Source of the DNA: Octopus vulgaris
Taxonomy: Eukaryota
DNA length: 64,000 nucleotides
NCBI GenBank assembly: GCA_951406725.2
Contig: OX597839.1
Coordinates: 33,046,001 to 33,110,000 of the forward strand
Reading direction: 5' to 3'
The notes beneath the pieces were generated by a model, which was given only the letters and a program-made list of their open reading frames with translations, had not been told where the DNA came from and did not search any database. Of the stretch, positions 11,769 through 24,344 are shown one piece after another. A program made the translations under genes and the position numbers. Numbering within the stretch: position 1 is the first letter of the stretch; each line of letters opens with the position of its first letter.

Positions 11769-13906
11769 CTTCAAACTCATCTCTAATTTGGATGATGCTA
11801 AGTCACATTAATGGATCTGTTTGAAACTCCCCCACCACCTAAACTCTCTTTGCATTTTCAAAGTTCCAGTAGCACTTTAGGAAACATTCCTCTTGCACAA
11901 AGCTTAGTCTGGCTCCCTTCGTTATCTTCAACGGGTTAAATCTAAAGAAGAAGAAAAAAAAAATTGAGTTCTGAGATGTTGAAGTGTGTATATGTTCTTT
12001 TGGGACCCTCGTATACATATAGACATGCGTATCTGTCTCTCTGTATATATGTGTACATATATATATACATACACATGAGTAACAAAGGTGTCAATTCATT
12101 ATGGCCATGTGGTTGCGGTCTTTGGATCCACTGGATCCCATCAGACCGTCCAACCCATGCCAGCAAGGTACACAGATATTAAATGATGAGGATAATCATA
12201 ATATCATTATCTTCCATCTTTTACTTGATTCAGTTCATTATGCTGGGGCACCAACACCTTCAAGAATTTTAATCAAATGAATTGACTGCCATATTTATTT
12301 TTTAAAGCCTGGTAATTATTTTGTCAGTCTCATTTGTCAAACTGTTAAGTTATGGAGACATAAACACACCAACATAGGTTATTGAGAAGTAGCAGAGACA
12401 AAAGACATACACTAAGACACACACACACACGTATTTGTGTGTGTGTGTATATTCGTTTATTTGTTTCAGTCATTTGACTGTGGCCATGCTGGAGCACAGC
12501 CTTTAGTTGAACAAATCTACCCCAGGACTTATTCTTTGTAAGCCTAGTACTTATTCTATCGGTCACTTTTGCCAAACTGCTAAGTTACAGGGATGTAAAC
12601 ACACCAGCATCGGTTGTCAAGCGATGGTGAGGAACAAGCACACACACATATATACGACGGGCTTCTTTCAGTTTCCGTCTACCAAATCCACTCATAAGGC
12701 TTTGGTCGGCCCGAGGCTATAGTAGAAGACACTTGCCCAAGGTGCCACGCTGTGGGACTGAATCCAGAACCATGTGGTTGGTAAGCAAGCTACTTACCAC
12801 ACAGCCACTCCAAAATTTCATTTTCTGAATTTTAATTTGAATGTTTATAAACCAAGATTTATACTTAAACCTATTATTTTAGGAATATTACTACTCACAA
12901 TATATATATATAGATATATAGTTGTGGCTGATTGTGTAACTGGTTTGTTAAAAATACCCCTCAATCATTGGGTGATATTCTGTGCTTGTGATGACCTGTT
13001 GAACCGAGTGAAATCATAGTCATGGCTAGTACAATGTCATCTGACTGACACCTGTGTCTGAGACGTTGGACCTCATGGAAGCAGAGACAGGTGACCAAGA
13101 CCTTTGGTGATATATCACCCTTTTGTTGACCTGTCAAACTGATTGAGATCACAGTCGTGGCCCATACTTGTGTAAGGTTAATGACACCCATGCTGGTGGC
13201 ATGTAAAAAGCACCCACTACACTCTTGGAGAAGTTGACATTAAGAAGAGCATCTGGCCGTAGACACCTCGCTGAATCGGATCGGAACCTGGTGCAGCCCC
13301 CACCCACCCGCTTACCAGTTTCCAGTCAAACCGTCCAACCCATGCCAGCATGGAAAGCGGATGTTAAACGATGATGATGATATATAGATAGACAGATATA
13401 CACAAACATGAATATACACGACAGGCTTCTTTTTAGTTTCCTTCTACCAGATCCACTTGCAAGCAAACTTCTTACAACACAGCCACATATATATTCATCA
13501 GCATCATCATTTAACGTCCGTTTTCCACGCTGGCATGGTTGGAGGGTTTAGCAGGAGTTTATGAGGCAGAAGGCTGCACCAGGCTTCACCGTCTGTTTCG
13601 GCAGGGTTTTTAATGGCCAAATGTCCTTCCTAACACCAACCACATTACAGAGTGGACTGGGTGCTTTTTACGAGACACCAGTGGGGCCTGTTTTGGCATG
13701 GTTTTTACAGCTGGATGCCGCTCCAAACACTAACCACCTTACGGAGTGGGCCGACTGCTTTCTACGTGGCACGAGCACAACACACACACACACACATTAA
13801 ATTCCCGAGGAGTTAACGGTGTATTATGGAACATATCTATAGATTTATTTGCCAACAGTATTGTACGAACAACTTAATACAAGATGCGTGGGCATTAACA
13901 CGGGAA

Positions 13907-13956
13907 ACAGCTGTATCCATTTTTCGACTTGTTCTGGAGTCTTCGTCAGCAGCTGT
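13907..13956 (-). ncRNA. Type I hammerhead-like motif (Penelope-type)
   Basis: The minus strand reads ACAGCTG-CTGACGA-A-GACT-CCAGAACA-AGTC-GAAA-AATGGATA-CAGCTGT: 7-bp stem I, intact core boxes, 4-bp stem II and a degenerate stem III. Confidence 0.6.
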
Positions 13957-15416
13957 GCACTATCTTCAACTATCCAGAAACACAATGCTTTATAAAACCT
14001 ACAAAGAAAACGGGACCCCTAAATGTTCATATATATAACATTTTCGTGACAGCGAAATCGATCGCTAATTGTTTCGTTTCGTTGTTGTAAAAGCACAACC
14101 AGAGAGAGAGTGGGGGAAACAGGATGGTAAACTGTATTGTGGAATGTTAAATTTGATTAAGCCATATTTTATTTTTTTTTCATCGTCAATATTCACCGCA
14201 ATAAAAAAAGACAACTAAAAACTCCGAGTACCGAAACTGCCAGTTACCGAGTCACACCTATAAATATTTTAGTGTAACGTGAAAAAAGTTTAGAAGTTTT
14301 AAGACCGGACCAGAGACAAATCTGTCGGCGTCGATTTAAGCTCCAGCTGCGAACACACAAAGGGATTATTATGATAATCTAAATTATCGGGAATCCAGAC
14401 GCGTATTCGAAACGCTTTTGTCCTGCTTTGATCTGTTTTTGAACTCATAAAAAGGAAACATAAATACATAAATAAACCGAAAGAGAGAGAACAGAGTCGC
14501 GTTTTCAATAAATGTTTAAAAATAAAAGCTTTTCTCGGAAAGGAAGTAAATTTAATAACACTTCACTTTAGAAAAGCCAAGTCCATCAAAAGAAACGAAC
14601 GATAAAGACTTGACTTGCTATTTTTAAATAAAGATTTGTCATTATTTGATTTTCACTTTACCAACCACAGCCTCCAACATTCCAGCAGCAATAATAATTA
14701 AATGATTTCAATAATAATAATAATAATAATAATGACATTGCTGCCAAAAGAAACTTTATTTAGTAAACTATATTTCCTTTTTAATTTGTCAGTATGTGTT
14801 TAGTATGGTATGAGCTGTTTTTAGTTCTGTTTCTAAACAAATTAATAAAATATGGTTACAGATATGTCACCGGAACTCGAACGGAATTAGTTGCCTATTT
14901 TTTTTTCATTTTCATAGGATATCGAGAGGAGAGGGGAGAAGAAGAATAATAAAAGGGGGCACATTGTTATCCCCATTCTAAAACTCCCGCCATAAAGTCG
15001 TGGTAACCCCCTACAATCCATAAAAATAACAAATACACACATAAGTGTAAACACACATACACACTCGTCTGTTGGTATGAACTATTAAAAAGTACATGTC
15101 AACGAGTGTGAATATATAAATTATATACCCGAAGTACGTCATGTTAGCATTTCCATACATCTTTTATTCAACGGGAAACAATAAAATATACTAAAAGAGG
15201 GAAAACAGTTATATATATATATATATATATACCAATTAAGGACTGAACACGAAAAGTGGACAGTCAACATGCTAGATATAGACGTCAAATCGCCATTCTC
15301 CACAAAAGATTATGTTTTCAACTAAAACTCAACACAAACCCAAGCAATAAACAAGTGAAAATATATGGTATGCTAGACCACTGGTTTTAATTGATAAATA
15401 TTGATTTCTACCCTTA

Positions 15417-15452
<36 letters not shown>

Positions 15453-15884
15453 CGTGTGTGTGTGTTTGTATGAAATACATATTGGCACTTATCAGTAAGT
15501 TGGAAAACATCGTACGGCCGCGGCACTCGGGTCCAGCTCTCAAATTCCTTAATTCGTGTCCATTTCTGTCCCCCACCAAATGGGAGATGCCGACTGACTC
15601 GCTCCATTTCTTCCGATGGAGAATTTGCGTTGGTCCCTAAACGCCATTGACCAGAAAAACCAACGATTTGCCGAGACTCCTGAATGACAGGTGGTGAGAA
15701 AGATGCGAGCGGTGGACGTGCCCAAGCATGGCCACAACCTTTAGGCTAACACACACACACACACATATATTGGTGAGTATATATATATATATACCGATAT
15801 GGCGTATGTGTGAGTGAGTATATATATGTATATATAGAATACAAGTTCATTCACATATTATAAGTACGGTTCAACACTCAACCC

Positions 15885-16123
15885 ACACACATATATATAT
15901 ATATACATACATACATATATATATACATATATATACATACATATATATATATATATATATACATACATACATATATATATATGCATACATATATATATAT
16001 ACATACACATATATATATATACATACACATATATATATATACATACACATATATATATATACATACACATATATATATATACATATATATATATACACAT
16101 ATATATACATACATATATATACA

Positions 16124-16155
<32 letters not shown>

Positions 16156-16178
16156 CATACATATATATATATATACAT

Positions 16179-16247
<69 letters not shown>

Positions 16248-16276
16248 CACATATATATATATATATACATATATAT

Positions 16277-16308
<32 letters not shown>

Positions 16309-16336
16309 ATACACATACATATATATATATATACAT

Positions 16337-16383
<47 letters not shown>

Positions 16384-16425
16384 CATATATATACATACAC
16401 ACACGTGTGTATATATACATATTAT
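15885..16425. repeat. Compound (AT)n/(AC)n microsatellite
   Basis: About 540 bp of atatatac-type repeats, which generate the YI/MY ORFs. Confidence 0.95.
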
Positions 16426-16500
16426 ATGTATATATGTTCCGAATCTACACACATATGCGTGTCATCATATATATACGTATATATCTCTCTAAAATCTTAC

Positions 16501-16591
16501 TTGAAATCCTCGGTCTTGGCGAACAAATCGCGTACAAAGCCTTCCATACGCTGCCTTTCCTCATCCGCCTCCATATTTTCTCCTCCACATG
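16501..16591 (-). CDS. Candidate coding exon of an unidentified minus-strand gene: (CGGEN)[24 protein letters not shown](K/N)
   Basis: On the minus strand, a T-rich tract ending TAG gives an acceptor at 16592-16593. The frame is open with protein-like helical composition, has an in-frame ATG at 16574, and ends at donor AA|GTAAGA at 16500. It could be a first or an internal exon. Confidence 0.55.
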
Positions 16592-17394
16592 CTACAACAA
16601 CAACAACAACAATCACCAACAACAACAATCACAACAACACCAACAACATTACGCACTCAACGTGCTTTCGTCGCACAGGAGAGTTCCGTAAGGGCCGTAA
16701 CAGCTCCAAGGGAGATCACTCTAACGCGCTGCTTCCACTCCCACTCTCTCTGCTCCTTCACCTCCTCCTTTCCCTCCCTCCCTTTTTCCTTTATGAATTA
16801 AGCTTTTGTGTTGTATTTAAATAAAGTAATTTAATTGCAAGAGCTGAGGCCTACATCGCATATATACACACATATATATATATATATGCTTTGTATATAT
16901 ATATATATATGTGTGTGTGTGTATATATGTGGCTTGTGGGGACTTTTTAATTATTATATGTGCTTGCAAGATTGTTTTAACGAATCCAGGTTAAAAAGAA
17001 GAAAAAAAAAGAACAACAAAAACAAACAAGCAAAAAAAACGGGAACCCTCCTGCACGAAAGTGACCACCACCACTGATCGCCTCCACCTACAATCGTTAC
17101 ATCTGGGCTCCCCCCACCGCCGACAGTCCCTTGTCTCTCTCTCTCTCTCTCCCTGCAGAAAGGGGAGAAAAGAGAAGAGAAAGAGAGAGATGACCAACAA
17201 CGAATGAAGAGATATAAAAAAGAAAGAAGAAAAAGAAGAACAAAACTTTAAGGAATTTATTTGTGATGTCTTTTGTTTTCCCACCCAGCGGAATAAGGTT
17301 TGTTTTAGAAGATGTTTATGAAATGCAAACGAAATTGTCATTGTTTTTCTTGTCCAAATATTTATTGCACCGTGTAGACATATCACGCACACAC

Positions 17395-17445
<51 letters not shown>

Positions 17446-17701
17446 GTAAGTAATACTAAGTAATTAAGGGTTTAGCAACGATTTGCCTCACCACACACCG
17501 AATTTAGAAATAGCAGTCAAAAGAGTTTTGGCTATTCTTTCTACTACATATATAAAAAAATATATATACATATATATTCTATATATTTCTATATATATAT
17601 TTCCTTTTGGGATTTGGTTTGCAAGATTCTTTATATGAGTTCGTGTGTTGAAGCATATTCTGTTGTGTCTGGGCACAAAGGCAAAATGACTCTCCCCAGA
17701 C

Positions 17702-17751
<50 letters not shown>

Positions 17752-17839
17752 CAAGTAGAAGAAATGACTTAAATTTTGGCTGCTATTTCTGAACTTCGGT
17801 ATGTGGTGATGCATTTCTTTTGCTGGCCCCTCAATATTA

Positions 17840-17891
<52 letters not shown>

Positions 17892-18051
17892 ATATACACA
17901 CATATTAGAGGGAGTTGTATATAATACAATTTTACTGAACCTTCAGTTTCTTTTATGTACTAGGCCACTGGTGTGAAATCGATGTTAATTAAATTAGTAT
18001 CTAATTTCGCACCCTCATCTTAAATTTATATATATTTATATATACATCAGA

Positions 18052-18099
<48 letters not shown>

Positions 18100-18452
18100 T
18101 TTGATATGAGACCGTGTTGAAAGTCAAACAATTACAGCGCGGAAGACACAGAAGATATTTAAAAAGCATCGGTCCAAAAACCTGACTTCATTTAAGCATT
18201 TATTATTATTAATTGAAGTTAACAGTCTTGGAGTGTGTTTCTCTTTTTTAAATATCAATTCTGTGTCTTCCGCGCTGTAATTTGTGTCTGTGTGTGTCAT
18301 GTATGGGTTTAGCTGTCCATGAGTCAGAAAGAAGAAAAAAAAGAGCTTCCGAAGAATCATCGCTGTTGCCAAGTGCAATAGTTGGCGCCGAACTATCGGT
18401 AACCTTCTAATCCGGTATATATAACTTAACCAACAATATAACTGCTCGAGAA

Positions 18453-18491
<39 letters not shown>

Positions 18492-18548
18492 TGATCGTTG
18501 ATGATCTATTTCTAGCATGCGGCAGACTACCTAGGAGTCTTGCCCTAT

Positions 18549-18602
<54 letters not shown>

Positions 18603-20250
18603 GCTGAATTATATTTCATCCTTTAATTTGGAGGGTTCCAAAATTTGTGTTTTGCATAATTGTATGAAATTCGCAAAGATTTTCTGAGAATATTTCCAAA
18701 AAGAATGTTACGAAGGAATTGTATGGGATGCTTTAACCAGCTTTCCGCCTGTGTGTGTATGTGGTATACTTTATCTTTGTGATTATTTCTTCGGTTCACG
18801 CCTACAAAACTTACAGAAATATGAATTTCCCATTGCTCATTCCTCCCCCATCATATAAATTCATAATTTCCTGTGCAAAGAATCAATTATGTTCTTCTTC
18901 ATTACAAGACTTACGCCTTCTCTCTCTCTCTCTCTGTCTTTCTCTCTCGTCTCTCCATTCTGTCTAATGACACGTTTCTTTGTGTAAGATAACATTTTGT
19001 TTGGATTAGATTCGCCTTAACCAGACTTTGGGGGAAAGAAAAAACTTCCTTAAGGTACAATGAAATCGTACACATATACCATAAGCCACGTTTGAAAATT
19101 ATCTGCTATTTAATATTTTAATTGCTTTACTTGAACTTCCTTCGTTGTGCATTGTAAGTTTTATGTAATAATTTAGCAAGATAAAAGGACTCGGTTGTTC
19201 CCGAAACTAAATTTGTAATGTTTGCAAAACGTATATAAAAATGTATGTATATATGTATGCATGTGCACGCTCATATATATATATGTGTGTGTGTATATGC
19301 ATACACGCACACACATATATATGCATGCACGTATGTGTCTGTGTATATTTGCACGTACCTGCACAAATGTGCTCATTTAGGACTTTATTTCCTCATAACT
19401 TGCAGAAAAAGAGATAAGTTTGAGGGGAAATAATTGGCGGGCTTGCACGTACCTACACTGACATATTTTACTCGGTGAAAATTGAAATTTTTCTATAATT
19501 GCGATGTGCGCCAATTATGCAAGCGTGGATTTCTCCTTTCTTTTGTTATTAAATTCTAAAATAATCGTTAATTTACACAATCCGAAAGGCATTTGTTGAC
19601 AATTTCAGCAAAAAGTGACCCGTTTTTTCTGAACGTTATGAGGAAGCAAACTCGCAGGGACATACTTATGTGGACCAGTTTATAAATAAATACACATATA
19701 TATATATATAGACAGACATTAAAATTCCCCATCTAAGAACTTGTATATTAATTGCGATTTAACCGGCTTTAAATTTTGTAACGGAACCATGGAGTTAATA
19801 TCTGATCGATTCATTTAAAATTTCCGAGAACCTGATTTTGACAGGAAGGTGAGCTTATTAAATGTCTTTATAAACAACAGCCTCTCGTTTACAGAACGGA
19901 AGGGGCCACGAAAGAAACAGACATTTCATGCATTTTACAAATAAATATCCATTTTATGTTAGCGATTTACTAATATTAATTAATTAAACCAAGTTAATTA
20001 TAGATTTCTGAGGTATTTTATAAACATGAAAACAACACACCGTAGAATTTATTTTTATTTTTGTAGACATTTAAATACCATACACAAATAGATCAAATAA
20101 TACTTTATTAGCAAGCAAGAGAGCGTATAATTTCGAAGACTAATTAAAATGACTTAATTACCATTTTACAGGATTGTTTATATACTGTAAAATAGCATAC
20201 TTTAGATTTTTTTTTTTAAAAAAAGATTCCGGGATTTCAGTTGTAATTTC

Positions 20251-20396
20251 CAGGGCCGGCTCCAAGGTTGCTGGCGACCCGGGTAAGCTGAACTACGGCT
20301 TATACAAGCTGACGGTCGTGGAAATTTCCGTCTCTTTGTGACGCCCTCCTTGGCACCCCCTAGCACATGACGCCACGGTACCTTGAGCCGGGCCTG
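20251..20396. mobile_element. hAT MITE
   Basis: TIRs CAGGGCCGGCTC and GAGCCGGGCCTG, with 8-bp TSD gtaatttc/gttatttc. Confidence 0.8.
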
Positions 20397-20419
20397 GTTA
20401 TTTCTTTGTGGTCCCTTCC

Positions 20420-20567
20420 GGGTGCTTCTTAAATACAGATGTCCCGACGCATCTACGTAACCCTAACCTCTAACCCTAAAACTAATCTCAACCCTAACCC
20501 CCTAACGAGTGTGCACTGTAAAAACATTGTTGTGTAGATGCATTGGGACCCCTGTGTTTAAGTACCC
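20420..20567. mobile_element. Small inverted-repeat element enclosing degenerate telomere-like (TAACCC) repeats
   Basis: cttaaatacagatgtcccgacgcatctac pairs imperfectly with gtagatgcattgggacccctgtgtttaag. The spacer is taaccctaacctctaaccctaaaactaatctcaaccctaacc. Confidence 0.6.
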
Positions 20568-20647
20568 CTTTCTTAAGTACCCCCTTCCGTTTTGTACTGT
20601 GTTTTAGTTTCGTAGAATATTCTATTGTTAGTGGCATACTTATATAA

Positions 20648-21328
20648 GTGTGCCTTGCTGACTTTGTTTCCGCATAACTCTTCCCCCACCATCAAATGAT
20701 ATTTTCAACAAATACCTTTCAGATGGTTTAGATTTGGGTTATATCGAAATTTGAAATGAAATTTAGGGTGGGGGAAGTTTTTAAAAATTCACTGTATCTC
20801 GGCTGTGTTTCCTCATAACCCCCAGAATTTTTTTTTTTTTATTAAACTTTCTACACATACCTTTCAGAGTATATAGATTACAATTATATTGGAATTTAAT
20901 ATGGAAAACAAAATTGGTACACACGTACACATATATACTGGACCATCATCACATTCGTCTACAAAATGAAATTCGAAATTTCGAAAACAATCGTGGTGTG
21001 TGTCAGTATGTGTGTTGGTGTGTTCACCATTTGGCTTTTTGCATATTAAATTCCGCTGTGATCGTAGTTTACACACTCTGAAAAGTATTTGTAGAAAGTT
21101 TCATTTAAAAATACACGTTTTCCCCAAAGTTATGAGAGAACAAAAGCTGACTCGTGTGAATTTCCTGAAACTCCTCACCCCAACCATGGAAAAAAAATTT
21201 TTCTTCACAATTTCTGATATAAACGGAATCTCCACCCTCTGAAAAGTATTTGTTGAAAATTTCTTTAGCAAAAGAAGAAAAAAAAAAAAGACTTATGAGT
21301 TATGGGAAAACAAAGCCAGTGGGGCACA
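20648..21328. mobile_element. Degenerate foldback/long-TIR element
   Basis: The left arm (~20648-20872) and right arm (~21072-21328) are imperfect reverse complements, e.g. attttcaacaaatacctttcaga / tctgaaaagtatttgttgaaaat and aaactttctacacatacctttcagagt / actctgaaaagtatttgtagaaagttt. Confidence 0.6.
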
Positions 21329-21854
21329 ATTGTGGAGGTTTGTCCACATGTAGCTATAAAATGAAACTTGAAATTTCGGGAAAAAGTTTCAAGAGTTTTT
21401 CAGTAATTGGCTTGAAAAAAACACTCGACAATTTTTATTGGGGGTGAGATTTCTCCCTGAAATGTCACCAAAGAAAATGTATTCCCATGATATCCCCAAC
21501 TCCCTGGAAACGCTTTTATTTTTCTTAATTTCTGTAATGTAGTTGTTTTCCTTTACTAAAAGCTGGGGTTTTTTGGGGGGGCTTTTTTATCAATCTTAAT
21601 TGTTCTGATTGAGATAGAAGACTTGAAAAAGCTTGCTTAATGTTTTACTCTTTTATTGGTTTCCGTTATATGACTGCGGCCATGCTGGAGCACCGCCTTT
21701 AGTCAAACAAATCGACCCCAGGACTTATTCTTTTGTAAGTCTAGTACTTATTCTATTGGCCTCTTTTGCCGAACTGCTAAGTTACAGGGATTTAAACACC
21801 ATCGATTGTCAGACGATTATAGGGGGAACAACAAACATAAAAACACACAAGCAT

Positions 21855-22250
21855 CATCATTTAGCGTTCGCTTTCCATGCTAGCATGGGTTGGATGGTTC
21901 AACTGGGGTCTGGAAAGCCAGTAGGCTGTGCCAGGCTCCAGTCTGATCTGGCAGTGTTTCTACAGCTGGATGCCCTTCCTAACGCCAACCACTCCGTGAG
22001 TGTAGTGGGTGCTTTTTACGTGCCACTAGCACAGGTGCCAGACGGGGCTGGCAAACGGCCACGGTTGGATGGTGCATTTTACGTGCCGCCGGCACGGGGA
22101 CCAGGCGAGGCTGGCAACAGCCACGAATGGATGCTGCTTTTTACGTGCCACCGGCACAGGTGCCAGACGGGGCTGGCAAACGGCCACGGTCGGATGGTGC
22201 ATTTTACGTGCCACCGGCACGGAGGCCCGTCGGGGCGTCACTGGCAACAG
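21855..22250 (-). mobile_element. Family B copy nested within a family A SINE (21650-22390)
   Basis: (CAT)n tail on the left and four units. It replaces the internal microsatellite of the host SINE. This nesting explains the 306-aa ORF. Confidence 0.8.
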
Positions 22251-23100
22251 CCACACACGATAGGCCTCTTTCAGTTTTCATCTACCAAATCCACTCACAA
22301 GGCTTTGTTGCCCAAGGTACCATGCAGTGGAACTGAACCTGGAACCTTGTGGTTGGGAAGCAAGCTTCTTACCACACGGCCATGCCTGCACCTAATCTCT
22401 GAATATTTTTTTTCTATGATTCTTTGTCATTTTGGCACGGGGCCAGTAGTTTTGAGGGGAGGGGCAGGTCGATTAGATTTACCCCTGTTCTTGATCTCCA
22501 AAAAAGGATGGAAAGCAACTTTGACTTTGGCAGGATTTCAACCCAGAATATAAGGAACCAGAAGAAATGCACCAAACATTTTGTACAGTGTTATGACGAT
22601 TCTGCCATCTTTGGTGCCTTGGTTTTCTTCTGTGTTGGCACTCTGTCAGTTATGATGACAAGGGTTCCACCTAATCCGATCAACAGAACATCCTGCCTGC
22701 TTGTGAAATTACTGCACAAGTGACTGAGTACTCCACAGACACATGTACCCTTAACATAGTTCTCAGGAAGAATCAACGTGACACAGTGTGACAAGGCTGG
22801 CCATTTTGAATCTAAGAATACCCTTGATGTGTTGGGCAATATGATGTACTTAAGAAGACCTGTTGAGTGAAGTAAAACCAAAATCGTTCCCCCCGACTGG
22901 CTCTCGTGCCAGTGGCATGTGAAAGGCACCATCCCAACATGGTTGATGCCAATGCTATCTGACTGGCTCCCATGCCGATGGCACATAAGCACCATCCGAA
23001 TGTGGCCGATGCCAGTACCCTCTGACTGGCTCCAGTGCTGATGGTATGTAAAAAGCACCCACTACACTCTTGGAGTGGTTATCAATATATATATATATAT

Positions 23101-23712
23101 GAGGAAATGACTAGAGACCGAAACCTTTGGAAGTATGCTGTGCGCGAGAAGACCCGGCAGGACAAGTGAGGCCATAACCCATGTACCTACCTGGGACGTA
23201 GTCAGTCCACCTGTGCATACCTTCCTTCTTGGGACACATAACTCTACTTGTGAAGACCTGTTGAGGCAAGTGAAAATCAAAAATCAAAGAATCAAATCAA
23301 AATCGATCCACCTCAATGGAATTTGTAGTTTTGTGGTACCAGTGCCGGTGGTACATAAGAAAACCATCCGAACGTGGCCGTAGCCAGTACCGCATCGACT
23401 GGCCTCCGTGCTGGTGGCACGTAACAAACCCCATCCAATCGTGGCCTTGCCTGGCCTCCGTGCCGGTGGTACATAAAAAGCACCATCCGATCGTGGCCGT
23501 TTGCCAGACTCGTCTGTCCTCTGTGCCAGTGGCACGTAAAAAGCACCCACTACACTCACGGAGTGGTTGGCGTTAGGAAGGGCATCCAGCCGTAGAAACT
23601 CTGCCAGATCAGATTGGGCCTGGTGCAGCCGTCTGGCTTCCCAGACCCCAGTTGAACCGTCCAACCCATGCTAGCATGGAAAGCGGACGCTAAACGATGA
23701 TGATGATGATGA
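23101..23712 (+). mobile_element. RTE-type LINE 3' end (ORF C-terminus, long 3' UTR with minisatellite, (GAT)n tail); 'family B'
   Basis: Begins EEMTRDRNLWKYAVREKTRQDK* (RTE-like DRxxW end). Four GGTGG(C/T)AC(G/A)TAA units follow, then GGTTGGCGTTAGGAAGGGCATCCAGC...GGAAAGCGGACGCTAAAC(GAT)n. Confidence 0.75.
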
Positions 23713-24344
23713 TATGTATGTGTGTGTGTGTGTTTGTCCCCACCACTGTTGCTTGACAACCGATGTTGGTGCATTTACATCCCTGTAACTTAACGGTTCG
23801 GCAAAGGAGACCAATAGAATAAGTACTAGGCTTACAAAGAATAAAATCCTGGGGCCGAATTGTTCGACTAAAGGTGGTGCTCCAGCATGGCTGCAGTCAA
23901 ATGGCTAAAACAAGTAAAGGAATGAAAGAATAAAAGAATCTCGTTGAGTTTTGCTCTACATCACATTCCTTTTGAAAATAATTGAAAAAGAACCAAAAAA
24001 AAAAAAAAGCAAGATCCACTCTGTTGTATTTTAAGATGTTTCCCCCTCCCCTGTCTTCCCTCTCGTTAATTATTTATTCAATTATTCATACATCGATGCA
24101 TTAATGTATTAATTTATTCATGTTTTCTAAACTATTTTCTTTTTCATTTGCACTTTTGTTGTGTGAGAGTACGACACCCCCCCGGGTGAGAATAGACTAG
24201 ACCACTACAAATAAACAGTAGTAGTTCAGAGCTGGAGTTCAAAGTTCACAGTTCGAGTTAGCGTGTTGGATTGTTGGTTCTTCAGATTGTTGTTACATTA
24301 CATATGGTTGCCGCCGTTTGTTTTGATTACATTATTGTAGTCGT

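Noticed and set aside
15858-16691. Tyr/Ile/Met-repeat ORFs and the poly-N/Q tail
   Set aside because: Microsatellite translations.
20455-20505. Telomerase RNA template or chromosome-fusion telomere
   Set aside because: Short, degenerate and enclosed by inverted repeats typical of a mobile element.
21633-22553. 306-aa ORF
   Set aside because: Chance read-through of nested family A, B and C repeats.
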